A stretch of DNA of 46,410 nucleotides from Octopus bimaculoides (taxonomy: Eukaryota), in the NCBI RefSeq assembly GCF_001194135.2, contig NC_068994.1, forward strand, positions 35,852,497 to 35,898,906, read 5' to 3'. Shown one piece after another: positions 12,715-24,619 of the stretch. Below the pieces are notes generated by a model. It saw nothing but the letters and a program-made list of their open reading frames with translations. It had not been told where the DNA came from and searched no databases. The position numbers were made by a program, and so were the translations under genes. Every line of letters begins with the position of its first letter. The first letter of the stretch is position 1.

Positions 12715-13365
12715 AACTTATTTCAGTCATTGGGCTGTGGCCTTGGTAGGACACTGCCTTGAAGGGTCTTAGTTCAATAAATCAACTGCAGTACTTGTTT
12801 TTCTTTTCAAGTCTGGTACCTATTCTATCACTATCTTTTGCCAAACTGTTTAGTTATGAGGATGTAAACAAACTCACAGCAGTTGCCAAGTGTTAATGGT
12901 AAAGGTACAGTCACCTTCTCGAGTCATACTGACTCATAACAGCCAGTTTCCCAGTTTCATGGCATATATATTCCCCACCTGGATGGACATCAGTCCATCA
13001 CAGGATTATTCATTTTTGCCAGGTAAGTGGACTGGAGCAATGTGAAATGAAGTGTTTGCTCAACAACACATGTCACCTGGTCAAAGAATTGAAACCACAA
13101 TCTTACGATCATGAGTCCAACATCCTAACCACTAAGCCACATGCCTCCACTAGTTGTCAAGTAATGGAAAACAAATACAGACAAAGACATACACACACCC
13201 ATGCACACATATATACAATTGACTTCCACAGAGTTTCCACCTATCTAATTCACTCACAAGGCATTGGCTGGCATGGGGCTAAAGTAGAAGACGCTAGCCC
13301 AAGTTGTTACACAGTGGAACTGAACCCAAACCATATGGTTGCAAAGTAAACTTCTTAACCTGACA
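12715..13365 (-). mobile_element. Family-B SINE halves (12715-12885, 13215-13365) flanking a family-C SINE (12895-13148)
   Basis: Family-C head on the minus strand is ggaggcatgtggcttagtggttagg...ggtttcaattc (A/B boxes), followed by cctgtgatggactgatgtccatccagg. Confidence 0.75.
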
Positions 13366-13793
13366 GCCGGTGTGAGTGAACCTTGCCAATCATTCCAATA
13401 CCCCTTTTTTGTTTTGTTTTAATGTTATCTACAATGATTTTGGGTGCAATTTCTGCCCTGATCCAGGCAAAGGAACTGTTTTGAATTCATTGTTGTCATT
13501 TACCTCAAATTCAACAAAAGATCTTGCAGACTTAGGATCAACTGCATTCCAGCTGTCACAATCCTGACATTCCTTCACACTTAGAGAGAGGTGGGTTTTT
13601 TTCTAGAAAATAAAGGGATCAGTGAAGGAAACCTTCCTTCCAACAGTGTATCTGGTATCTTTTTATTTATCTTTTAATCTTTTACTTGCTTCAGTCATTA
13701 GACTGTGGCCATGCTGGGACAACACTTTGAAGGTAAAACAGTCAAGTACTGGGATCAATAATGATAACTATCATTACTATTATCTACTATCTT

Positions 13794-14228
13794 AAGGCAA
13801 TGAGCTGGCAGAACCATTAGCATGCTGAGTAAGATGCTGAGCAGTATTTTGTCTGTCTTTGTTTTGAATTCCAGTTCCACTGAGATCAACTTTGCCTTTC
13901 ATCCTTTTGGGGTCGATAAATCAAATACCACTGAAACACTGGGGTCGATATAATCAGCTAGTCCCCTCCCACCAAAATTAAGGCCTTGTGTCTATAGTAG
14001 AAAGGATTATTATTATTATCATTTTTATCTTCAGGTATTGAGCTGGCCAGGAAAAATGCGTAGTGGCATTTCACCTGTCCTTACATTTTGAGTTCAAATT
14101 CTACCAGGGTCAACTTTGCTTTTCATCTTTTCAGGGTCTATAGAATAAGTACTAGTGAAACACTGGGCTTGATGTAATCAACTCATTCCCTCCCCCAAAA
14201 TGGCTACCTTTGTGGCAAAATTTGAAGC

Positions 14229-14276
<48 letters not shown>

Positions 14277-14474
14277 GGTGGCAAGCTGGCAAAATTGTTA
14301 GCATGCTGAACAAAATAGCAGTATTTCACCTGTCTGAGTTCAAATGCTGCCAAGGTCGATTTTGTCTTTCATCCTTTCAGGGTCAATAAATTAAGTACCG
14401 GTGACACACTGGGGTCGATGTAATCAACTATCCCCTCCCCCAAAATTTCAGGCTTTGCTCCTTTAGTAGAAAGG
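13794..14474 (+). mobile_element. Three head-to-tail family-A SINEs separated by (ATT)n
   Basis: Copies at about 13794-14005, 14032-14229 and 14275-14474 with the same head, B-box and tails. Confidence 0.85.
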
Positions 14475-14855
14475 ATTATTGTTATTATCCTTTGGTAGTT
14501 TCATGCAAGTTTCAACTGCACCCCTGGTGCACCTCCATGTTCCTGAGATGTGTATGACATTGTGTTCTTACTTTTGTGGGGATTGAGGAAGTAAAGATTC
14601 CTCTTGTTGGTATATTGTATCAGTTTGTTTCGTAATGGGGTTTAGTTTCTTGTTTCTTTTTATATGAGTGTACATTGTGTTGTCTTATTTTACTGGATTA
14701 AGATCCAGTAAAAATCTTGTGTAGTATATTTAACAAGTTGTATTGTTTTAGATTGTTAGGTTATTATTGTAGAAAATGTGTGTTGTCTGTGAAGATGGTT
14801 CCATTTGAGCTATTCTATTGAATCATGAGCTATTTGAGGGAACTGAGTGCCTTTA

Positions 14856-14984
14856 TTTACATTATTTATTTTGGATGGATATGTGTCCTCGTCTTGTTTG
14901 TTGTTACCACAACATTTTGGCTGATTTACTCTCCAGCCTTCAACAGGTGTCTTGGTAGAATTTTGCGATTCCAGCTAGTGAATA

Positions 14985-15021
<37 letters not shown>

Positions 15022-15171
15022 TCAGCAAAAAATACCTTAGGAATGAGAACCCAGAGTTAAGTTCAAAATTCTACCAGGACACCTGATGAAGGCTGGAGAG
15101 TAAATCAGCCGAAACATTGTGGTAACAACAAACAAGATGAGGACACATATCTGTCCAATGTAAATAATGTA
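14856..15171. repeat. Inverted repeat (arms about 14856-14965 and 15064-15171) of a Penelope-type pseudo-LTR around (AAT)n
   Basis: Arms are near-perfect reverse complements: gatatgtgtcctc...ggtagaattttg and caaaattctacc...gaggacacatatc. Confidence 0.85.
15076..15122 (+). ncRNA. Minimal hammerhead ribozyme-like motif (Penelope type)
   Basis: gacac CTGATGA A GGCTG-gagagtaaat-CAGCC GAAA C att gtg. Both core boxes and stem II are intact; stem III shows a CG>CA change. Activity untested. Confidence 0.6.
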
Positions 15172-15649
15172 CAAAATTCCTCATCTCAAAAATATACAGC
15201 TGAGTGTGTCTTGTGCAAGATGTATGCTGTTCCTAACAGTGTTGTTTTTTTGGGCAGTGTGTAGTGCTGTAAACCCTGCTATGGCTTCTATATTTCTTTT
15301 CATACTTTTTAAATCATGCCTAATGCTCTAAGTACCAGTAGTATTGTTTTCACACTCATGCCCCACATCTTGAATATTTCAGTTTAAAGGTCCTTATATT
15401 TTGATAGTTTTTCACTTCTTTTGGAATAATATCTTCATCAAAAAGGATTGTGATGGCTATCAGTATGCATGTGGTTGTGTACCAGTTTTTTTTAATAGTA
15501 TGTCTGAATGCTTCAACTCAATTTCTTTGTCAGTTTAGATGGTCATATCCCAGACTGTTGTGGCCAAGTCACTGTCATTATTATTTTTGTCATTGCTCTT
15601 TTTATAATAATAATAATAATAATAATTATTATTATTATTATTATTATTA

Positions 15650-15900
15650 TTAGTGAGAGAGGAGTGCATGCCATCAAAGTGACACTGGGGTAAAATATAC
15701 GAAGCCCAGTATACCCATCATGACTACACGACCGATAAGAGTACACCAGGCACATGCATCACAACCATATGTGTGTGACACAGTGATCTCATATCAAGAT
15801 AAACAACGCATGACCCTGCAGGTGGGGGCCCTGTTAGAATTTTCTTCAGGTCAAGTAGCTCATCCACTCAAAAGGTCCCTGAATAAGGGTTGTTTTAACT
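15650..15900 (-). mobile_element. Unclassified retroelement 3' end with (AAT)n tail
   Basis: GC-richer block abutting a long (AAT)n/(ATT)n tract. Resembles a recurrent octopus repeat from memory only. Confidence 0.35.
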
Positions 15901-15924
15901 GTACTACATCCTGTCATTCAGTGT

Positions 15925-16572
15925 CTGTTAATTAGCAACTTGTTGGCTGCTCAGGTGAGCAGCTGCTGTCTTGTGTTAGATGAATTCAGCCGCCTGCCAG
16001 GTATACAGTGAAGATTGACACACCATCTTCCTTTGACAGAGAAGGGAAGCAGTTCTTTCTCTACTTTGTGGCTGTGGCAAAAGTGGTGGTGTGGTGGACC
16101 TTTCTGGAAAGTTAGAAGACAGGCACTTTCCTATCTGGCCAGGCACTCATCAGTTTCTTCATATACAATTTGAAGAGGTAGGTGAGGGTCAAGCGGGAGG
16201 TGCTACCTTTTAGTGTGTTTATTGAAAGGTGGATAAGAGGGTTAGACTGGTAAAGCTGAGCAGACCTACTCTGAGAATGCTTTTCTAAGTGGGAGGAAAG
16301 TAACTGGAAGATGGCACTTCCAATTCCTTGGAGATGGCAGAGTAATCCAGGACTTTTTGTGCGAGTTTTTCTCTTAATTATCCTATGTGGACTACCCCAC
16401 TATTGAGGATTTTATTTATTAACTATTTATTTTTCTAATTTCTATTTTTATATTCTTTTTGTTAATTTGTTATGGTTGTAGTATCTCCCCTTAATCAATG
16501 TAAATCCCACCTGTTTGTGTGTTGTATCTTGCCCTTTGATATTGTCTTCCATGTTTTGAGCCCATGTGGCCA
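15925..16572 (+). mobile_element. L1/Tx1-type LINE 3' end
   Basis: Decayed FVAVAKVVVWWT...FLSGQALISFFIYNLKR*VRVKRE..FIERW, then a T-rich 3'UTR ending in (ATT)n. Confidence 0.6.
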
Positions 16573-16608
16573 TTATTATTATTATTATTATTATTATCAT
16601 TATTATCT

Positions 16609-16963
16609 AAGGCAGTGAGCTGGTATGATGGTTAGTACACTGGGCAAAATGCTTAGCAGTATTTTGTCTGAGTTCAAATTCCTCCGAGATCAACTTTGCC
16701 TTTCATCCTTTCAGGGTCGATAAATTAAGTACCAGTAAAACACTAGGGTTAATGTAATCAACTAGTCCCTTACACCAAAATGACTGCCCTTGTGGCAAAA
16801 TTTGAAACCATTATTATTATTATTATTGAGCTCAAAGTCTGCTGACATCAAATTAACCTTTCATCATTTCGGGATTGATAAAATAAGTACCAGTTGAGGA
16901 CTGGAGCTGATGTAATTGATTTACCCCATTCCCCAAACTTGTTGGCCTTATGCTAAAATTTAC

Positions 16964-16965
<2 letters not shown>
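16609..16965 (+). mobile_element. Family-A SINE plus a 5'-truncated copy in an (ATT)n tract
   Basis: 16609-16809 full length; 16828-16965 3' part. Confidence 0.8.
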
Positions 16966-17022
<57 letters not shown>

Positions 17023-17694
17023 TTATTATTATTTTTATTTTTTATTTTTTTTATTAGTATTATTATTATCATCATCATCATCATCATGGCTATTACTTGC
17101 TGTAGTAGTTAGCAGAGTTGTTTCCATGAGGTTTGGTGACAACAAATCTCAAATTTCAAGAATCTTTCTTAGAGATTCTTGCAGAATACAGGTTGATAAT
17201 GTGAGTCACAATTCCATTATCCTTACGCCTCTCAGATAGGAGTCTGACTGTTGAGCCACATGCTCTCTTTTTACCTTTCTGTCTGTCTGACTCTCTCTCT
17301 CTCTCTCTCGCTCTAAATCAGCTATACTAAGCTGTGAGAGAGTGACTATGGGGCACCACTCCCAATGCCCCTTCCTCACCAGAAATAGGATACAGACCAA
17401 TTGAGGTTCTACCAACTTTTCTCATCAAACATTCTAACTATGCTAGGACACCATAGAACATGCTGGATGTGGACAGATCAATGTGTTGTATGACATGAAA
17501 CAGTCAAAAATATACAATCATGTATTTAGGATTAACTTTATCCAGTGAGTTTCTTTTTTTTTTTTATGGTGGTAGTGTATGATTTTAGGCAAATTTGGCT
17601 GATATCTTTAGCAAGTTCTGCTATGATATTTGTCCTCGTTGGTATTCAAGTGGGGATTACTTATTTCTCGGTTACAAACTAAACATCATTGAAG

Positions 17695-18150
17695 AATTTG
17701 TTGTATTGGTGGTGGTTTTTGTGATTGTTATTATGGTTGTTTTGTTGTTGATGATGATGATGATGATGACGAAGTTGTTGTTGCTGTGGTAGTTGCTGGT
17801 GTTGTGATTACTGTAAACGTTGTTGATGTTGGTTATTATTATTGGTTAATGTTGCTGTTAATATTGTTGTTATGAATGCATTTTATATATCACTGCTGTT
17901 ATGTTGTTGAGGATGATAATGACATTGGTTTTTGTTGTTGTTGATGATAATGATGATGGTTGTATTGTTGTCGTTAATGCTGTTATTGTTAATATTGTCC
18001 TGGGTTTATTTTCCATATTGCTGTTGTTGTGGCTGTTGTGATAGTTATTGATGCTGTTGTTGTTCTTGTTGCTGTTGATGCTGTTATAGTTGAGATTGTT
18101 GCTGAAGTTGTTGAGCTTGTTGATGTTGCAGTTGTTAACGTTTTCGCTTT
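17695..18150. repeat. Degenerate (GTT)/(GAT) tract
   Basis: Direct reading. Confidence 0.95.
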
Positions 18151-18674
18151 TGTTGTTCTAGAATAGCGCTCCCCTCCTTCACACACACCAAACAGCTCTC
18201 TTTCTCCCTCACTCTCTCTCTCTCTCTCTTTCACACACTCTCTCTCTCTTACTTTACCATACCTATAGCATGGTAGAAATAAATTATTGATGAAATTCAT
18301 GAGTTTATACGTGGTCGTCTGGAGATCAAATTTTCCCATGGGCATGACAGACACAAAAAGAAGCCATTACAGTGTATCTTTCGTTGTAGATAAACTCTCT
18401 CCCTCCTGAATACAATGGAACTAATCAGTCGTTGATGATATCTCTGATAAGGAGAAAGTCAAGAAATTGATTTTTTTTTTGTTACTGTTGTTGTTGTTGT
18501 CGTCACATTTGAATGAAAAAATGAAAATGAAATTTTAGAAAAAATAAGCAAAAAAGAGAAAAATGTTAAACAAATAAAGGGAAGAGTTATTCTAATAATA
18601 TTTTTTACCTATGAGAACTATATTCATAAGTGCTAAAATATTCCAGCTTACATACATACATACATACATATATG

Positions 18675-18713
<39 letters not shown>

Positions 18714-18927
18714 GTTGTATAAATAAAACATTTTAATTGCTCCATCAGCAGATGTTTTACTTGAAAAATGAACCACTTATTGATGTAAAAGATGTTTACA
18801 CTTTCATTTCTGAATCTCAGAAAAAATTCTTTTCATAAAACCTAACCTAGTTCATTTTGATTGAACATATTTCACTCAAAACTTTTAAATTCAACATAAA
18901 AATAAAATGAAAGAATTAATATACATA

Positions 18928-19146
18928 ATGATTTCAAATTTTGGTACACGGCCAACAGTTTCAGGGTGTGGGTAAGTCAATTACATTGACCTCCCTGGAG
19001 CTCAACTGATATTCATTTTATTGGCGCCAAAAGTATGAAAGGCAAAATAAGCCTTGGTGGAATTTGAACTCAGAATGTAAAGATCGACAAAATACCACTC
19101 AGCATTTTTTCCAATGTGCTAACGATTCTGCTAGCTTGTTGCCTTA
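18928..19146 (-). mobile_element. Family-A SINE
   Basis: Reverse complement of the family-A consensus (aatttgaactcagaatg...ctaacgattctgctagctt). Confidence 0.8.
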
Positions 19147-19269
19147 ATTAACATGCAATGGTGTAGCTAGAGTGTGTGCTGCCTGGGGCAGTCTTTGAGT
19201 TCAATTCCCAACTTCTGTCCCTCTCATTCTTGGTCCCTCTTTCTCCTTCTCTCTCACTTACTCTCTCTG

Positions 19270-19302
<33 letters not shown>

Positions 19303-19387
19303 ACACACTTATATGCTCATAACTTACATGAGAATATGATAACAGTATAACATCTCACTCTCTCTTCATTGAACCAAACTGTTTTAA

Positions 19388-19606
19388 CCCTTTAGTATTT
19401 AAACCGGCCATATCCGGCCAAAATATTTAATCTGTTTAATGTTCAAACTGACCAGATCCAAGCTCTCACACCTACCCTACAATGTTATTCTACATTAAGT
19501 AATTACACCATCAAGATCTTGAAGATATGAGATAATGCATGATTAATTCAAATCAATGTGAATCAGTAAGCATTGTGTTTGATAGAATAATCTGAACACT
19601 AAAGGG
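19388..19606. mobile_element. piggyBac-type MITE (219 bp)
   Basis: TTAA|CCCTTTAG ... CTAAAGGG|TTAA: TIRs plus TTAA duplication. Confidence 0.85.
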
Positions 19607-19635
19607 TTAATTTCTCAATGACATCATTAAAAACG

Positions 19636-20890
19636 TCAGATTGGAAAAAAATGATCTGTCACATCTTTAGCATGATCACTTTAAGGGTACTCTCTTGATA
19701 CTTACCCTTTAAATAAGCAATAAATTTTATATTCTAATTTTTTTTCTTTCTTTGCAGATTACTTCAAATCTTAGTGGATAAATTTGTATCAATTTTACCC
19801 TTTTAAAATAAGTTTAGATCAGATCCATATCAAACACTGCATGCTGCACAAATTTAAAAGGAGTGAGTTCTTCAATAATGAAAGTAGCAAGAAATATTTG
19901 TTCTGCCTATGGAAAGTCTTTGGACATGCCAATAGCAGCTTGGCTAGTTCCACTTGAGAAATTTTTCGGTTGTAAATTTCTCCCAATCTGGATGACCAAT
20001 TCTGATAAAATTGTATAAAATTGTAGTTTAGAAAAATCTTAAGCAAACTGCATGAGAATTAGCAAAGCTGTTCAATTCAAGTCACACTTTGATCATAAAA
20101 TAACTTCATGAACTAAGAAAAGTGTCTAAACTTGGTCAGTGAGGCCCTCATTATCTGACTGATTCTCAGGTTAGTCAAAGAGTTGCCCTCTACTTGTCCT
20201 TGAAGAATAGTTTTTCTACTAAACCTTTCATGGGTAGACTTATCATGATTGATGAAAAGTGGGTTCTTTATAATCATCTCCAATGCAAATGACAATGGTT
20301 AGTGCACAATGTAAAAGATAATCTATCCCCCAAACCAGAGCTATACTTAAAAATAGTTATGCTCTATGTTAGATAAGATATGAAGAGTATTGTCTATCAT
20401 AAGATGTTAAACCAAAAGGAAACAGTTAACATGGATAAATATAATAATCAATTGGAAGCATTGTACAAATATTTTCAGAAAAAATGCCCATTATTGGTTA
20501 GTTGTAAGAGGATGTTGCTCTTACATGATAATCTGAGACCACATATTATTCAAGTAACTCAGGAAAAGATTATTATGTCTCTAAATATGACAGTTTTGCC
20601 TCATTCTTCTTATTTGTCTACCTTTACTCCATCTGACTATCATCTTTTCAGATCTTTGCAATATTATTTTGCGGGAAAACAATTTACTAATTGTGACGAG
20701 AGTAAAAATGATATTGAGTATCCTTGCTTCAAACCTGAAGGGTGTTATGCCAAATAGATGGGATTATGTTATTAATAGTAAAGGGACATTTTATCTTATT
20801 ATATTAATAGTAAATATATCAATTGAAACCAAAGAAATGTTTGTTTCTTTCCCATCTTGAAATATGATGAGACTTTTTTTTACAACCTAA
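19636..20890 (+). mobile_element. Near full-length mariner element (about 1.25 kb) with decayed transposase
   Basis: Decayed HIKHCMLHKFK...ARNICSAYG, KVSKLGQ.PH.LTD, RLIMIDEKWVLYN, KPEL..VML, LLLHDN.RPH, PSDYHLFRSLQ. Degenerate TIRs tcagattggaaaaaaa (19636) and ttttttttacaacctaa (20890). Confidence 0.88.
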
Positions 20891-21249
20891 CAGTTAACTT
20901 ATTAAACTATTACAGTTTGAAAATAAAAAAGAATCTTTATTTTCAAGGCTGCAACTTATGAGAAATAAACAAAAATATGAATTTGAATTCATGTCTCATT
21001 ATAAACTTTATAAATAAACATTTATTTCTTTTTAGCTTAGTTTCATAAGTTGCATTTATCTCTCTTATCTATTTATCTATCTGTCAATCTACAATCTATC
21101 TATCTGATATATGTGTGCGTGCGCGTATACATACCAGTCTGTCTATTTTTCTTTTTCTCTCTCAAATGCTCCTCTCTTTTTCTCTCTCATCAGTTCCTTC
21201 CCTTCCATCATTTTGGAAAGGTGGTTGAATAATTAATTTCTTACATCCA

Positions 21250-21700
21250 TTTTTCAAGTAATCTACTCCACACCCTTTCATAAAAGCAGGTAAAACTACA
21301 GGGGTCAATGTAGGACATACTTTGTTGATTGCTCATAACATCCAGTAACTATCCAAAACAGATTTGTCTTTCACTTTAAGATGACATCAATTTCTAATTA
21401 GATCTGCATTCACCAGGTCAATATAACAAAAGTTAAGAGCAAACCTTATAAAAATGCAGCTTTTATCTCCTTACTACATAACCAGTTGTATATTGCTCTT
21501 AGTAGAGTTAGGGATCTTTCACATTTAGAAACTTTTTACAGATCAAAATCCTTTCACTAAATCAAAAGGATGTTTCAGACACCTCAGTTATAAATGTTAA
21601 ATTCACAAACACTCTTGCATACACAGACAGTGTCTGATTGAAAAGATTTCCTGTTTAGGAAATATTGTGTATTATATTGTCTACAGAAAAAAGGGAAAGG
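21250..21700 (+). mobile_element. Helitron Pif1-type helicase C-terminal remnant
   Basis: Frameshifted HQFLIRSAF..SINKS*EQTL...QLYIALSRV...NIVY matches the QFP-AFAMTINKSQGQTL-GQLYVALSRV-NIVY pattern. Confidence 0.72.
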
Positions 21701-22017
21701 TAAAAAAAAAGTACATATTTTGTTCTATTAAATGTTTCTTTTATTTCAATTATTGCTTTACCTATTTATTTATTTCTCCTTTTTTCTTCTTTTTTATTTT
21801 TTTTGGTGGGGTGTAAAAACATATATCAGTGAAGCGAAATATTACTAATTCTGTGTAGAAAACAATGAGCCATATATTAGTGTTTACATGGAAATGTGGG
21901 CATTACCTTGTTACTATAATTGCCTCAAATGTTGGAGCAGCTACCACTAAACCTTGCCTATAGTTAGAAAACTCATCATCACCATCACCCCTATCACAAC
22001 AACTGCAAGAAGGAGTT

Positions 22018-22060
<43 letters not shown>

Positions 22061-22082
22061 TGTTGTTGTTGTTGTTGTTGTA

Positions 22083-22280
22083 AGCCTGAAATTTTGGTGG
22101 AAGGAGCTAAGTGATTACATTGACCCCCATTACTCAACTGGTACTGATTTTAACAACCCTGAAAAGATGAAAGGCAAAGTCAACTTCAGCAGAGTTTTAA
22201 CTCAGAACTTAAGGTTGGAAGAGATCTTGCTAAGCATTTTGTACATCATTCTAATGATCTTGTTATAGTTTGCCACCTTA
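22083..22280 (-). mobile_element. Family-A SINE
   Basis: cctgaaattttgg...gatgaaaggcaaagtcaac...gccaccttaa. Confidence 0.75.
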
Positions 22281-22434
22281 AATAGTAATTACAATAGTAA
22301 AATTATCTTGTTAACCTTGAAGAATTTCATGAATGTTTTCCATTAAACATTTTTGTTAATCTCCTCTTCATTTTTATGCATGTTCCCCAACATGTATATG
22401 ATTTTTGTTTTAAGATCGGAAAAATCATCAAGTA

Positions 22435-22621
22435 CTATATTCAATGACATATAAGATGCACTTTTTGTGAAAAAATGTCTCAAAAAATCCCCCCTGGTCC
22501 TAGATGCAAAGGTGACCCTCCGATAAGCTTTAAGTCATGAAAAGCTTTTTACCTGAATATACACTGTTGAAATTGGGATGTATGTAATATACCCATGTGT
22601 CTTTTATGCCATTGAATATGG
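22435..22621. mobile_element. pogo/Tigger-like (Tc1-mariner superfamily) MITE
   Basis: Imperfect TIRs of about 25 bp, TA|CTATATTCAATGACATATAAGATGCAC and GTGTCTTTTATGCCATTGAATATGG|TA, with TA duplication. Confidence 0.7.
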
Positions 22622-22774
22622 TATTCCTCAAACCTAGAATAATAAAGATAATGACAAAACAAAAAAAAGTACAATTTGACCATTTAGGAATCAGAAATAG
22701 CAACAAGAGAAAATATCTTTACAAAAGGAAAAGCTAGAGAAACGAGATCCTGATAAAGCAGCTTCCCCACTCAA

Positions 22775-22805
<31 letters not shown>

Positions 22806-22819
22806 CTAGACTGAGTGTA

Positions 22820-23340
22820 ATCACAGATAAATTTAATAGAATCCTAGAATACATTAGAACTGATAATATAACAGAGACAAACAAGCTAATAAATGATGCT
22901 TGAATTTGTATAACAGAGAAATTAGGAATTAAGAGACAAACAAACTAAAATGCTGGAGCCATATTGGAAAAAGTTGGATCAAAATAACATCAAAAGACTA
23001 CATAGATAGACTTTTTAGCGTTTTAGACTAAAAAGTCAAACAGCTAGTTGAAAAAAATGCATCACAATGTTTGATCCTTGAAAAACAATAAAGGATAGAT
23101 AAATAAATAAAAAAAAGAACTCTTGCAATAGAGGAATTTAAACAGAGACTCATGGTCCAAACAAGCAAAATTAGAAGATTTAGAAAAGGATAGAACAATA
23201 TAGTCAGGATTGTATGATCCATACAGAACAAAAGCAATTTTACTAAGAGATAGACAAAACTGAAAAATTGGAAAGGTCATATCCTAATGTTGAAGAATGA
23301 ATGAAAATGCTATTCGAATGCAAAAAGTATGGCTCATTGT
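22820..23340 (+). mobile_element. Dong/R4-clade N-terminal ORF fragment
   Basis: IEEFKQRLMVQTSKIRRF..RIEQYSQ...EQKQFY matches the pre-RT region of R4/Dong (EELKQRL..KI.RY..RI.QY.QN..QK.FY). Confidence 0.65.
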
Positions 23341-23544
23341 AAACAATGATGACCAATCTGACAGAAAAACAAATAAAGATAGACTATAGTGGACATTGTA
23401 AATTATACTCAGAGTGAAACATTGATCCTTGCATGATTTTTATACTGTGTGGTAGACTGAGTTGTATGGTCCTCAGTTAGATGAAGGCAGGGTATATCTA
23501 TGGATCACCCTAGTTATTCAGTCACCCACCACTTTTGCTTATTC

Positions 23545-23680
23545 TCTTATTTTTCTGATGAAGGAATTGCATCCAAAACATCAAGACTCTTTGCTTTCGT
23601 TTTAAGTATTAAACTAATACTTTATTAAAATTTGTCCCTCCCATGTTGCCTTCTTTTTGTGTTCATTGCCTAACATACCT
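23545..23680 (+). mobile_element. Penelope-type pLTR remnant with decayed hammerhead motif
   Basis: CTGATGA A GGA-attgca-TCC aAAAC aTC restores to ...TCC GAAAC GTC by two CpG-type reversions. Followed by a T-rich tail. Confidence 0.5.
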
Positions 23681-23964
23681 TATGTTTATGGATCAGACTG
23701 GCTTCGAGCTACTTAGCAACAATAACAACTCATTTGGAAAATCTATGATATTTATGAATAACAAGAGCAATGGCTAAGAAAAGAAATTACTTTTCTGTCA
23801 TAGGAGAATAATTAAACATTTTAATGATGTCATGCGAAACTAAGAACCTTTCTCAGAATGAAGAATACATGATAGAAAATAGAGGTATTACAACCGACAA
23901 AGTTACACTGATAACGTGTCTTCCAATAATGTGTAATTTATTGACTGATGCATTAACAAAATGC

Positions 23965-24030
23965 ATCGTCATCATTTTACATTTATTCTCCATGCTGGCA
24001 TGGGTTGGACAGGACATCACAGTCCAATAT
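23965..24030 (-). mobile_element. RTE-type 3' tail remnant
   Basis: Reverse complement (ccaacccatgccagcatggagaa...gatgacgatg) matches the tail at about 44310-44350. Confidence 0.45.
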
Positions 24031-24619
24031 AGTTCTTGGAGCTACTACTCTCATAGCCTGGTGCCTGTACAAGATACGTATCTCTGTGTGTGTTCACACA
24101 CACACATACACACACACAAACACAAACACACACACACATATGGTATATGTTTGTATATATGTGTGTGTATTGAAGAAAGCCATTTAATTAACTTTGAATT
24201 TTTGAAAATTCCACAATATTGAACACATTTTTGATTACCTAGAAAATAAATTTAAATTTGATTATAAAAGCTAGGCACACATTATATAAGGGGGTTAAAG
24301 TAGCAGCCCTGTGTTATGGTTGCAGCCCTGTATTATTGCAAAATTTAAATGAATGTAATTGGCATTGACTATTTACATTACAGTAACAAAATTGTATATT
24401 ATTCATTAATATGATAAAATGTATCTCTCATCATGCACGCACACACACACACACATAGATAACTATATACATATAAATATATAAACATTTATATATATAT
24501 ACATATATATACACACAGAAATATATGGATATCTATATATGTATAAGCTTGTATGTATATGCATATATTTATTATTATCATTATTATTATTATTATTATT
24601 AATAGTAATAGAGAGGAAA

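Noticed and set aside
13085-13148. tRNA-like sequences (also about 30755-30815 and the family A/B heads)
   Set aside because: A/B boxes are followed by SINE bodies and there is no complete cloverleaf.
17157-17181. 9-bp hairpin CAAGAATCT/AGATTCTTG
   Set aside because: Expected by chance in 46 kb of AT-rich DNA.
20113-20295. Minus-strand ORF with RTE-like KTILQGQVEG
   Set aside because: The plus strand here continues the mariner transposase (KVSKLGQ.PH.LTD...DEKW), a better explanation.
20510-20645. Mariner D-35-D spacing as a novel subfamily
   Set aside because: The copy is heavily decayed, and one extra codon in an attattatg run is best explained by slippage.
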